Below are positions 12,532 through 25,065 of a stretch of DNA of 64,000 nt, piece after piece (within the stretch, counting starts at the first letter, position 1; every line of letters begins with the position of its first letter). The position numbers and the translations under genes are program-made. The DNA comes from Macrostomum lignano. Its lineage: Eukaryota. The notes beneath the pieces were generated by a model. That model ran no database searches and was not told where the DNA came from. It worked only from the letters and a program-made list of their open reading frames with translations. The stretch covers positions 124,001-188,000 of the forward strand of contig NIVC01001520.1 in the NCBI GenBank assembly GCA_002269645.1. The letters run 5' to 3'.

Positions 12532-14444
12532 ATGGTAAGTTGATTTTATTCAACTTGAACTAAGAAATTGTTCCTGAATTGAATTAAGAATAACCTAAAT
12601 TCACAATATTAGTAATGATATCAACTTCTGAACTTTCTAATTTTGTAAATAAAACAAGAGGTATGTCTTTAAAGGCATATTACGAGTAGATTTTTGGACG
12701 GTGAGCTATTGAAATTGAGCGGTAGAGAAATCATGAAATGCAGTTCACACAACGAGCTGTCTATGGCCAAAACCCAATTAAACAGCCCGTAAATTGCGGT
12801 CAGTTAAAGCAAGGAGTTCCATAATTAGCTGTCGTATTATGAAACTCTTTGGTTAAATCTTTTAACTGCCAAAAATGTATAAACAACAAAAATAGTCTAT
12901 GGTAGCTTCGCCTCCAACTCCTCTTCCCGTCACTCTCAGTCTGTAGCTTAGGTAAAATAGTCTATGGTAGCTTCGCCTCCAACTCCTCTTCCCGTCACTC
13001 TCAGTCTGTAGCTTAGGTAAAATAGTCTATGGTAGCTTCGCCTCCAACTCCTCTTCCCGTCACTCTCAGTCTGTAGCTTAGGTAAAATAGTCTATGGTAG
13101 CTTCGCCTCCACCTCCTCTTCCCGTCACTCTCAGTCTGTAGCTTAGGTAAAATAGTCTATGGTAGCTTCGCCTCCAACTCCTCTTCCCGTCACTCTCAGT
13201 CTGTAGCTTAGGTAAAATAGTCTATGGTAGCTTCGCCTCCAACTCCTCTTCCCGTCACTCTCAGTCTGTAGCTTAGGTAAAATAGTCTATGGTAGCTTCG
13301 CCTCCACCTCCTCTTCCCGTCACTCTCAGTCTGTAGCTTAGGTAAAATAGTCTATGGTAGCTTCGCCTCCAACTCCTCTTCCCGTCACTCTCAGTCTGTA
13401 GCTTAGGTAAAATAGTCTATGGTAGCTTCGCCTCCAACTCCTCTTCCCGTCACTCTCAGTCTGTAGCTTAGGTAAAATAGTCTATGGTAGCTTCGCCTCC
13501 AACTCCTCTTCCCGTCACTCTCAGTCTGTAGCTTAGGTAAAATAGTCTATGGTAGCTTCGCCTCCAACTCCTCTTCCCGTCACTCTCAGTCTGTAGCTTA
13601 GGTAAAATAGTCTATGGTAGCTTCGCCTCCAACTCCTCTTCCCGTCACTCTCAGTCTGTAGCTTAGGTAAAATAGTCTATGGTAGCTTCGCCTCCAACTC
13701 CTCTTCCCGTCACTCTCAGTCTGTAGCTTAGGTAAAATAGTCTATGGTAGCTTCGCCTCCACCTCCTCTTCCCGTCACTCTCAGTCTGTAGCTTAGGTAA
13801 AATAGTCTATGGTAGCTTCGCCTCCACCTCCTCGTCCCCTCACTCTCAATCTGTAGCTTAGGCAAAATAGTCTATGGTAAAATATCATTGATACCCATTC
13901 TTTGCGTGCTTAGATTACTATTATGAGATGAAACCCTATTGATACTACTGAAATAGTACTAAGCCTACGCCTGCATTTTGACAATCCGTAGGCTAAAACC
14001 AACCTCGTACTGGTGCTTCTGGTCGCCTGCCTTCACCTGTGCCTGGTCAGCTCCGCCTCTGCGATCGAATGCAAACAAAACTGGTGGTGGCTCTCCAATC
14101 AGAGCGTCAAAGTCCTTGACCCGTCCAGAGTTGGCGACATTAAAGTGTCCCTGACTTTCAACGAGGTGTACTGGTCGGGCAGCTGGCACCTGGTCCGCTC
14201 GACCAAGCTGAAGCGCAGCAAGTCCACCTGGCAGCGCGGCTGGGTAGAGATCCTGTCCGACACCGCGCACTACAAGGTTATCCAAGACAGCCAGTTCCAA
14301 GTGAAGAAAACCGAGAATGGCATCCTAAAGAGGCAAAAACGCAAGCTGGAAGGCCGCATCCGACTGGGCAAGAATGTCATCGAGGAGCGAGGATTGCGGT
14401 ACGAGTACACCGCTAGGCCGGGTGGGCCCTGCAGGTCCAACTAG
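12532..14444 (+). CDS. Small secreted basic protein, family paralog C; exons 12532-12534 (ATG only) and 13992-14444
   Basis: catcATG|gtaagt donor at 12535; acceptor ccgtag|GCT at 13992; MAKTNLVLVLLVACLHLCLVSSASA signal-peptide-like leader; intact ORF with Cys near both ends of the mature domain. Confidence 0.85.
12891..13880. repeat. 65-bp minisatellite (~15 copies) in the paralog C intron
   Basis: Unit aatagtctatggtagcttcgcctccaactcctcttcccgtcactctcagtctgtagcttaggtaa. Confidence 0.95.
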
Positions 14445-14596
14445 TAGGGGCTGGTCCTGACTGCACTGACTAATGATGAACTTGATTCTGCAGTGCTGAC
14501 AATTTTTATCCACTGAGCCAATAAGTTTATTATGCTTGTCAAAATAATTAAGTACTACTGTCAGAATTTCTTAATTGCCGGTAACCATAATGATGT

Positions 14597-15410
14597 AAGC
14601 CGTCTGACCCGTTTTGATTGCCTGTCTCCCTCTCTGAACCCGTTTTGATTGCCTGTCTCCCTCTCTGAACCCGTTTTGATTGCCTGCCTCCCCCTCTGAC
14701 CCGTTTTGATTGCCTGTCTCCCCCCTTGACCCGTTTTGATTGCCTGTCTCCTTCTCTGAACCCGTTTTGATTGCCTGTCTCCCCCTCTGACCCGTTTAAT
14801 TGCCTGTAAGCCTCTCTGACCCGTTTTGATTGCTTGTCTCCCCCTTGACCCGTTTTGATTGCCTGTCTCCCCCCTTGACCCGTTTTGATTGCCTGTCTCC
14901 CCCCTTGACCCGTTTTGATTGCCTGTCTCCCCCCTTGACCCGTTTTGATTGCCTGTCTCCCCCCTTGACCCGTTTTGATTGCCTGTCTCCTTCTCTGAAC
15001 CCGTTTTGATTGCCTGTCTCCCCCTCTGACCCGTTTAATTGCCTGTAAGCCTCTCTGACCCGTTTTGATTGCTTGTCTCCCCTTGACCCGTTTTGATTGC
15101 CTGTCTCCCCCCTTGACCCGTTTTGATTGCCTGTCTCCCCCCTTGACCCGTTTTGATTGCCTGTCTCCCCCCTTGACCCGTTTTGATTGCCTGTCTCCCC
15201 CCTTGACCCGTTTTGATTGCCTGTCTCCCCCCTTGACCCGTTTTGATTGCCTGTCTCCCCCCTTGACCCGTTTTGATTGCCTGTCTCCTTCTCTGAACCC
15301 GTTTTGATTGCCTGTCTCCCCCTCTGACCCGTTTTGATTGGCTGTCTGCCTCTCTGACCCGTTTTGATTGCCTGTCTCCCTCTCTGACCCGTTTTGATTG
15401 CCTGTCTCCC
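14597..15410. repeat. ~30-bp minisatellite
   Basis: Unit gacccgttttgattgcctgtctcccccctt; explains the spurious repetitive ORFs at 14548-15607. Confidence 0.95.
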
Positions 15411-15794
15411 TCAGCTCTCCTAGCACTTTCAGCGGTATGGGAATGGCAGGATACTGAAAGCACACACAGGAAAAGTATCACAGGAAAGGCATAAAGTAAA
15501 AATTTAAATCGATCACAAATTAGTAGAAAAGTTTTGCTGCTTTCCGGTGACGATCTGAACAAAAGCTTCTTTAATTTAGGCTTTTTATAGGTAAAAAGCG
15601 ACAACACTTTTTGTCAGCGTCCGGTTCGTCTTCCGCTGTCAGCAACTTTACTTTTTGCTGAAGAAATTTCAGAGACTGCTTCATCCTTCTTACACAGTGT
15701 AGGGTGCAGTCTTTCAGGAAGGTAAGATTGCAAACAAAATTTTTTGAAATTCAGCCACGTTTCTTCTCAATCAAGGCATCGTTTCAGTCTCTTA

Positions 15795-16562
15795 AGGCAA
15801 CTGACACAGTCTCTCAATGAAGGGAACTGACACAGTCTCTCAATGAAGGGAACTGACACAGTCTCTCAATGAAGGCAACTGACAGTCTCTCAATGAAGGG
15901 AACTGACAAAGTCTATCAATGAAGGGAACTGACACAGTCTCTCAATGAAGGCAACTGACAGTCTCTCAATGAAGGGAACTGACAAAGTCTATCAATGAAG
16001 GGAACTGACACAGTCTCTCAATGAAGGCAACTGACAGTCTCTTAATGAAGGGAACTGACAGTCTCTTAATGAAGGGAACTGACAGTCTCTTAATAAAGGG
16101 AATTAACACAGTCTATCAATGAAGGGAACTGACACAGTCTCTCAATGAAGGGAACTGACACAGTCTCTCAATGAAGGCAACTGACACAGTATCTCAATGA
16201 AGGCAACTGACACAGTCTCTCAATGAAGGGAACTGACACAGTCTCTCAATGAAGGCAACTGACACAGTATCTCAATGAAGGCAACTGACACAGTCTCTCA
16301 ATGAAGGGAACTGACACAGTATCTCAATGAAGGGAACTGACACAGTCTCTCAATGAAGGGAACTAACAGTCTCTCAATGAAGGGAACTGACACAGTCTCT
16401 CAATGAAGGGAACTAACAGTCTCTCAATGAAGGGAACTAACAGTCTCTCAATGAAGGGAACTGACACAGTCTCTCAATGAAGGGAACTAACAGTCTCTCA
16501 ATGAAGGGAACTAACAGTCTCTCAATGAAGGGAACTAACAGTCTCTCAATGAAGGGAACTGT
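15795..16562. repeat. 24-26-bp minisatellite
   Basis: Unit ctctcaatgaagggaactgacacagt. Confidence 0.95.
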
Positions 16563-17321
16563 TTCTCTGTGAAGTTCTAGACCCAGAGCGAAATTGTCAA
16601 TTAATCAACAATAAACGGAATAAAACACATTGTCGTCTGTCTAACAAAGGAGACGGTTTTAAAATCAACGAAAGTTTTTTTTATTTAAAAAAACCTTGTC
16701 AAGTCAAAACCGTTCTGGCGTCGCAAACTGGAGTGCCAAAAAGGAAGTTGAGAACTCTGAAGTTCAGACAAAGTTCAGAAATGTTTTGCAAGGAAATGCA
16801 AAAACACATTCGATGTTAAAACTGCCCCGTATCGGAGACTGGAAAGCAATAATTAAACATACGGAATTATGCCATAAAAGCGATTGAAGCACTCGTTGGG
16901 GAGGCAAAAGAGAAAGAATTTTTTTAAATAAACTACATGTAGGTTTTAGTTTTTTGCAGTTGCTATTGTTAATTTATTAAAGTTTGTTAATGCCACAGCA
17001 ATGCCACAGAAATTCCCCTTTCCATGAACCTTGACACTTCAACAATTCTCCCCATGAATCGCATCATTTCAGCGATCCCCCCATGAGTCCTACATCTAAG
17101 CAACTCACCCCGTGTGCACAGCATTTTAGCCATTACGCCCCATAAGCCTTGACATCTAAGCAATTGTCCCATGAGCCGTTTATGGTTGACAGGGCTATAC
17201 TTTTATGGTTGAATCCTGCTCTACCCAGTTGAGCGTCAGAATTTCATCAATACCCTATATCTCCTACGAGCCTTGGCCTCTTGGCAATTTCCCTTGAATC
17301 TTTTACGGTTGACATGACGCT

Positions 17322-18030
17322 TCTTTTTTGGTCATTTCATGGCTTCTTTTTTGGTCATTTCATGGCTTCTTTTTTGGTCATTTCATGGCTTCTTTTTTGG
17401 TCATTTCATGGCTTCTTTTTTGGTCATTTCATGGCTTCTTTTTTGGTCATTTCATGGCTTCTTTTTTGGTCATTTCATGGCTTCTTTTTTGGTCATTTCA
17501 TGGCTTCTTTTGTGGTCATTTCATGGCTTCTTTTATGGTCATTTCATGGCTTCTTTTATGGTCATTTCATGGCTTCTTTTATGGTCATTACATGGCTTCT
17601 TTTATGGACTTTCATGGCTTCCTTTATGACATGACGATTCTCTTATGTTTGACATGACGCTTCTTTATTGTTGACATGACGCTTCTTTATTGTTGACATG
17701 ACGCTTCTTTATTGTTGACATGACGCTTCTTTATTGTTGACATGACGCTTCTTTATTGTTGACATGACGCTTCTTTATTGTTGACATGACGCTTCTTTAT
17801 TGTTGACATGACGCTTCTTTATTGTTGACATGACGCTTCTTTATTGTTGACATGACGCTTCTTTATTGTTGACATGACGCTTCTTTATTGTTGACATGAC
17901 GCTTCTTTATTGTTGACATGACGCTTCTTTATTGTTGACATGACGCTTCTTTATTGTTGACATGACGCTTCTTTATTGTTGACATGACGCTTCTTTATTG
18001 TTGACATGACGCTTTTTTTAGAGTTGACAT
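17322..18030. repeat. Adjacent 23-bp (ggtcatttcatggcttctttttt) and 22-bp (gttgacatgacgcttctttatt) minisatellites
   Basis: Direct tandem units visible; the 23-bp array ends near 17625, the 22-bp array spans about 17640-18030. Confidence 0.95.
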
Positions 18031-18372
18031 GATGCATCGTTATGTTGCATACTGCGTTTTAGCTTCTACAAATAGTTGATATATTGCAACCAGGATTTTT
18101 GGCACCAATGAATCCTTCCCATGCTCCAAGGCCCAACAATAATTAGTATTTATTGAAAAACCCCAACGAAGGATAAGGGTTGCTGAGTCAGTCGATCCAT
18201 ACCTTAATCGTTCACGCTCAAGCGTTTCCCTCACACAATAGAGATTCTATCATTTATTTCCATCAGTTACTTAATAGAAGTTGTGATACGAGCTACAGCC
18301 AGCAGGAAGAGGTTATCAAGCGCGTTGGAGCATTAAAAGCAAAGTCGTCGGAGTTTCCACTGGGTCGGTTCG

Positions 18373-18450
18373 TTGCTACACAGATACAGTGCTGGTAGGA
18401 ATACGAGCTAATGCAGCAAATTGCTACACAGATACAGTGCTGGTAGGAAT
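18373..18450. repeat. 48-bp satellite, left remnant flanking the DIRS-like element
   Basis: Same unit as the 22006-22665 array (gctacacagatacagtgctggtaggaatacgagctaatgcagcaaatt). Confidence 0.9.
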
Positions 18451-21400
18451 GCTGGTAGGAGCCGCAGATCTTCCGGCTGCGCCTTGGCCCGGCCGAAGTA
18501 GCGCAGCAGAAACAGCAGCATGTGGCGGGGATGCGTCAGGCAGCGCGACAGCGGGTCGCTCAGCAGCTGCCAGGACCCCGGCATATGGTGAGCTCGAAAC
18601 TGAAAGTCGTGCCTCAGCGCTGCCAGAGTGGCCGTTTTTGAGCAGGGTCATGACGATCGGGTTGCTGGAGGCACCGCGGTTGATGGTGCCGACCGCCGCG
18701 CTGCTGTCGACGTAGCAGGCCACCTTGCCGCCGGCCAGCTGCTCCTGGAACAGAATGATGCCGAGCAGCGGCAGTACCGTCTCCTTGGCGTTGATGTGCT
18801 CGCTCAGGAAGATGCCACCGGCGTCACTGCAGAAGTCGACGAGGCGGAACTCGCGCTGGCCATCAGAGGTGCTCAGGATCATGCCACCGGCACTGACGCA
18901 GGCGTCCGTCTCGACCGCTGCCAGCACTCGTGCACGCCGCCACAGCTTGTCGGTCGGGAACACTGGGATTGCATGCTGCCAGAACTGCAACTGGGCCAGT
19001 AGCTCGCCGCGCACCGGTACTCGATGATGCTGCTCAGGAATAGCGATGGTTATCTCCAGGAGCGCGCGAAGCAGGGCCTTTGCAGGTTTGGCCACTTTGC
19101 AGAACCAGTTCAGTTTGCCGACTAGGTGCTGAAGGCGACGTTTTTGCAGGCTCTTCGAGTTGGCGCAGTCCTGGAGAAGTTCTCGAAGGCCGTCCATCTT
19201 CTTGGCGGGCAGTGACAGCAGGCCAGTCAATGTGTCGATCTGCACACCCAGGAAAGTGACCGAAGTGGCTGGGCTCTGCGTCTTGGCCCAGTTGATCTCA
19301 AAGCCGAGGCGCTGCAGTGTGGCCAGCAGAAAATTGTGCAGCTGCAGGCAGACTTCGTAGCCCTAGGCAGCTATGCAGAAATCGTCGAGGTATGCGATGA
19401 CGACGAATTTGGACAGATGCGAGAATTGCCTGTACATAAAGCGCTTGACAGCTTGCGTTAGGCGGTGGAAAATGTTGACTGATGCCGCCGCACCGAATGG
19501 GAGTCGCGTGTCAACCAGATAAGTGGGCTGACCGTCCAGCTCGAACGTCCACCGGAGCCCCGTCGCCTTATAGCAGTCTGGGTGCACCTGAACACTTCGG
19601 TAGGCGTGGCGTAGGTCGACCTTGCTGATGAACCAGCTTGGTGCCAGCTGCCTGGTGAGATCCTCGACATTGGCAAACTTCATCTTCTGGCGGGGCTTGT
19701 ACAGATCGTTGAGGCTGTTGCCCTGTGGCGCGGACGCGTCGTGAATCAGGCGGATGGCGCCGTCTGCCTTCGGGACGGCGCCCAGTGGGCTGATGATGGT
19801 CGGCCTGGCGATGCCCAAGTCAGTTGCGCTGATGTACCGGCCAGCCACGACCTCCTCTCTGATCTGCAGCTCAACGGCATTCCGATTTGCCTCGCAGCGG
19901 GCGGATGCATGATTTTCGAGCTGGGATTCGCTGGTCGGAGCCGCGTCGGTGATGCGAAAGCCATCGCGAATTCCCGCGATCAGAAACTCCGCGTCCGAGT
20001 CTCCGAGCAGGACTGGTGTCCAAGCAGCAGTTAACAGCGGCCAACGTTTTCGGAGTGCAGCCACCGGGCCGGCAACAGGGCCGGCAGCAGCGCCGGCAGC
20101 AGGACCGGCAGCAGGGCCGGCAGCGGGGCCGGCGGCAGGGCCGGCGGCAGGGCCAGCGGCTGGGCCGGCAGCAGGACCGGCGGCAGGGCCGGCGGCTGGG
20201 CCGGCAGCAGGACCGGCGGCAGGGCCGGCGGCTGGGCCGGCAGCAGGGCCGGCAGCAGGGCCGGCGGCTGGGCCGGCAGCAGGGCCGGCAGCAGGACCGG
20301 CAGCAGGGCCGGCAGCAGGACCGGCAGCAGGGCCGGCAGCAGGGCCGGCAGCAGGGCCGGCAGCAGGGCCGGCAGCAGGGCCGGCAGCAGGACTGGCAGC
20401 AGGGCCGGCAGCAGGACCGGCGGCAGGGCCGGCAGCAGGGCCGGCAGCAGGACCGGCAGCAGGAACGGCAGCAGGGCCGGCAGCAGGACCGGCAGCAGGA
20501 ACGGCAGCAGGACCGGCGGCAGGAACGGCAGCAGGGCCGGCAGCAGGACCGGCAGCAGGAACGGCAGCAGGACCGGCGGCAGGGCCGGCAGCAGGACCGG
20601 CAGCAGGGCCGGCAGCAGGACCGGCGGCAGGGCCGGCAGCAGGGCCGGCAGCAGGACCGGCAGCAGGAACGGCAGCAGGGCCGGCAGCAGGACCGGCAGC
20701 AGGAACGGCAGCAGGGCCGGCAGCAGGGCGAGTGGCATGGCGAGCGGCAGGGCGAGCGGCAGGGCGAGCGGCAGGGCGAGTGGCAGGTCGAGCGGCAAGG
20801 CGAGTGGCAGGGCGAGCGGCAGGGCCAGTGGCAGTGCGAGCAGCTGTCTCGCATGGAATTAAAATTTTGGACTGTCTATCAGACGCCGTCCGCTTAGGGC
20901 TAAAACTGGTGCCGCCGCGACCCGCCTCTTTGCTCAGTTTTTTGATTCGGCAGCCACCGAGCTGTGTTGCAGCTTTGAGTGGCTCCCTTCGCAGATGCGG
21001 CAGATGTGGGCGAAATTGCAGGTGTGTCTGTGACAGCCTTTGTTGCTATTGAACAAGCCGCAGATGACCTGTCCAGCGGATGACAGCTGGCCCCTGCTAC
21101 GGTGACCCTGGACTCCTTGACCGACCGCGACTGGGCCAGCAGCTCGCAGGTTTTTGGGCGCCGTCATATGCTTGATGATGAGGTTCAGATCGGGGCTGTC
21201 CCAGTCGCGCTGTCGCGAGTGCTGCTGCAGCCTCATGTCCTGGTCGTACTGGAGCACCACCTTCCAGTCGTAGCCAGCGTCGAGCAGCTCGCCGATGTGG
21301 ATGTTAAAGTTGAGGTAGGCGTTCAGACTCTTGCAGTCGGGCTGTCCATCCGTACCGGGCGCCACCAGCTGGCCGGTCTCCAGCAGTCGCTGCATGATCC

Positions 21401-22005
21401 GCGCGTTGGCAGCCACCCACTGGCCGAAGTTGACTCCGGACAGGCTCGGCGTTGCGCCCTTCAGAGTCAGGCGACCACGTTCCTGTGTCAGCCATCCTCC
21501 CGACTGCTGCCTCTCGTCCAGAAATTCCGGGATGAGCAGCGCTGATGGGGCCGCTGGGCTCCGGCCGAATCAAACCTCGGTTGTCGGCTCTGGTCCCCGA
21601 ACAGGCTGGCGTAGATGTCCGGCCCTCCTCTGGCCAGCGGGGGCGATGCGGCGCCACTGCGGATCGACTGCACTTCATCCCGCAACTGGGCCTCAGCCTT
21701 CTGCAGTTTAAGCAGCTCGATCCTCTTCTGAGTCTGCCGAATCTGCGCTTCTGTGGCCTCCTCCGCTGGCGCAGCCCGGCGCACGTCATCCTCGTCCTGG
21801 TCGTCGTCACCGTCGTCATTGCCAAAATTACGCCGACTCAGCGGCCGCGACGCGTGACTAAATAGCACAGAGCGGGGGGAGGCTGCCCTAAGCCCTGCAC
21901 GCACGCAGAGCACCAGCACCCCACCAACCCACCAAAGCGAGGCCGGGCCGGCGCGGGGGGGTTTAAAACCAGTTAGAGTCAGATACCTGCCTCAAACTGA
22001 CGTAA
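18451..22005 (-). mobile_element. DIRS1-like retrotransposon, truncated after RNase H (no tyrosine recombinase seen)
   Basis: gag-like ORFs (21919-20934; W+.VLQYDQDMR..QH, Cys/His-rich end); RT (ISPLGAVPK, IRLIHDAS, KVDLRHAY, RLPFGAA, YLDDF) with one in-frame TAG at 19365-19363; RNase H (VETDAC, HINAKE, YVDSSAAV..INRG, then after a frameshift near 18640 FRAHHMPG..SDPLSR). Confidence 0.85.
20065..20830. repeat. 12-bp GC-rich repeat (gggccggcagca) inside the DIRS-like element
   Basis: Frame-preserving array; long ORFs stay open across it on both strands. Confidence 0.95.
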
Positions 22006-22665
22006 CAGTGCTGGTAGGGATACGAGCTAATGCAGCAAATTGCTACACAGATACAGTGCTGGTAGGAATACGAGCTAATGCAGCAAATTGCTACACAGAT
22101 ACAGTGCTGGTAGGGAATACGAGCTAATGCAGCAAACTGCTACACAGATACAGTGCTGGTAGGAATACGAGCTAATGCAGCAAATTGCTACACAGATACA
22201 GTGCTGGTAGGAATACGAGCTAATGCAGCAAACTGCTACACAGATACAGTGCTGGTAGGAATACGAGCTAATGCAGCAAACTGCTACACAGATACAGTGC
22301 TGGTAGGAATACGAGCTAATGCAGCAAACTGCTACACAGATACAGTGCTGGTAGGAATACGAGCTAATGCAGCAAACTGCTACACAGATACAGTGCTGGT
22401 AGGAATACGAGCTAATGCAGCAAACTGCTACACAGATACAGTGCTGGTAGGAATACGAGCTAATGCAGCAAACTGCTACACAGATACAGTGCTGGTAGGA
22501 ATACGAGCTAATGCAGTAAACTGCTACACAGATACAGTGCTGGTAGGAATACGAGCTAATGCAGCAAACTGCTACACAGATACAGTGCTGGTAGGAATAC
22601 GAGCTAATGCAGCAAACTGCTACACAGATACAGTGCTGGAAGGAATACGAGCTAATGCAGCAAAT
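22006..22665. repeat. 48-bp minisatellite (~14 copies)
   Basis: 16-aa periodicity in ORF 22153-22794. Confidence 0.95.
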
Positions 22666-23054
22666 AGTTTAGAATGCATTCTTCAGAACAGGAGCCTCGT
22701 AGAAAAGCAGATATGTTTAAAAATAGCAATGCAGGCACTGAGACGGTACACTTACCGTCCCCCTACAAATATACCTGATACCTTTCTCGTATGAACTCTG
22801 CTTTAGCTAACTCGATATACTAAGCCCGATCGCTCTGAATTGCTGCAGCAGAGACTATCAAATGCAGTGATGCCTGACCCGAGGAAGTGACAGTTTTATC
22901 ACCTGGCTTAGTCGGCAAAAAACAATGTGAGACATTTGCATTGACACCAAATGCATACAGAATTTGTTCCTTTTTTGTCATTGGTATAAAAATTTTAATT
23001 GCACATTTTGGAGCCGTACGACAGATGACAGATTGACAATGAGGCTTTTTATGG

Positions 23055-23370
23055 TTGACATGACATTTATTTATGGTTGACATGACGTTTCTTTATGGTT
23101 GACATGACGTTTCTTTATGGTTGACATGACGTTTCTTTATGGTTGATATGACGTTTCTTTATGGTTGACATGACGTTTCTTTATGGTTGACATGACGTTT
23201 CTTTATGGTTGACATGACGTTTCTGTATGGTTGACATGACGTTTCTTTATGGTTGACATGACGTTTCTTTATGGTTGACATGACGTTTCTGTATGGTTGA
23301 CATGACGTTTCTTTATGGTTGACATGACGTTTCTTTATGGTTGACATGACGTTTCTTTATGGTTGACATG
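23055..23370. repeat. 22-bp minisatellite (ggttgacatgacgtttctttat)
   Basis: Same family as the 17640-18030 array. Confidence 0.95.
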
Positions 23371-24176
23371 GCAATTTTTTTAACGCAATATAAGTCAAGT
23401 CTGAGTTGCAATGCAGTCTTGTGCTTATGCTGCCAGTGTTTTATAGTGACGCAATTCAAGTCAAAGTCAAAATCCAGCCAATCAACTGATGATGAAAGGC
23501 CAGTTGTGATGCGATATTTATCAGAATCAGAGTTCAGTCAATCATCAGGTTTTTTGCTTTGCAAAAATGCATGGTTTTTTCGAATACGTATTTAATCCCC
23601 TTAGTATTAAGCAATTTCTTTTCCCCGACACATGTACCGTCACTGAAAATTTCTGATCTAGCGGTGCAAGCTTGGCATCTGCAAGATACCTAGACACAAC
23701 AATTTTTTCTAAATAATGATGGAGAAAGAAAGGAATTGGAAGTGCCAAGTAAACGCCGCTCATAAGTTCTAAGGCATCAAAGGTTTCGCTTTTACAAGCT
23801 TGAAATTTCATGCCTCTTAGTCTTGTTGCTGACAAAACACTTATGTAATTATTTCCGCATATATTTACGTTTAACTGTCAAAAATTAGTTAAACAGTGAC
23901 TTAGAAAACAGAAAAAATTCACATGCACAAGATAACAATCAAGATTTTCAGAAAATAAATTTACCTTTTGAGTCCTTACCTTCTTGAGTAGTTAGATAGC
24001 TAGCTTGTATTACTAGATTGGCTAACAGACTCACAGACCAACAAGCTACCAGACTCACAGCGTATCAAACCAACAAGCTACAAGCTGCAACAAGCTGCAA
24101 TAAACAGACAGGCTACCAGACTCCCAGTGCAATAAACAGACAGGCTACCAGACTCCCAGTGCAATAAACAGACAGG

Positions 24177-24800
24177 CTACCAGAACTTGCCTTCAACGCT
24201 ATACCAGAGCTTCCAGTCGGCCGCGGCCTCAAAATTCCTGACGCCCAGGTACTGAGTTCCAGCCAGTCCGCTGCTGTCAGCGAATTCCGCTTCGGCCAAC
24301 GAGCTCCCATTGGCGCCGTCCAGTCGCTGCAGCAGGAAGCCGGCGGTTGCCAGGTTAACAGTCAGCTGAAAGTAGGTGTAACTGGTGGCAGTCAGCTGGA
24401 AGCCGGGTTTCGAGCTGCTCCACAGGGTGTCCATCGGCATCCGCAGTCGCTGCAGCTTGGACTGGCTGTTCCCATCGATGCCCAGCTGCAATTCGTAGGC
24501 GAATTTAAACGCGCTGACGCCGCTGCTGCCGTGAAAGAAGCCGACAACGGCTGTGGAAGCGGCCCGAACGCCGAATTGAATGACCAGGAGCTGCTGAAAG
24601 CCCGGGGCTGACGGAGATGGCGGGCTCAGCTGACGGCAGTTGGCGGAGTACTGACTCATCACCTGCATTACGTTGATTGGCGACTGCGCGGCCTCCAGGT
24701 AGCCGGCAGAGCTCCACACTGGGCAGGCTGGAGGAGGTGACAATGGATTGTACGGGTATTGCCTATATTGACAGACAGACAGACACTTAGACAGACAGAA

Positions 24801-24842
<42 letters not shown>

Positions 24843-24856
24843 ACAGACAGACAGAA

Positions 24857-24922
<66 letters not shown>

Positions 24923-25030
24923 ACAGACAGGCAGATAGACAGACAGGCATACAGAGACAGACAGACAGACAGATAGACAGACAGGCAGACACTAAGACAG
25001 ACAGAAAGGCAGGCAGGCAGGCAGGCAGGC

Positions 25031-25065
<35 letters not shown>

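Noticed and set aside
12891-13880. CRISPR-like appearance of regular repeats (also 22006-22665 and 30848-32667)
   Set aside because: Units are head-to-tail with no unique spacers, and the context is eukaryotic with no cas genes.
15400-15740. Hydrophobic ORF segment (FKFLLYAFPVILFLCVLSV) on the minus strand
   Set aside because: No consistent start or splice framework; runs into a satellite.
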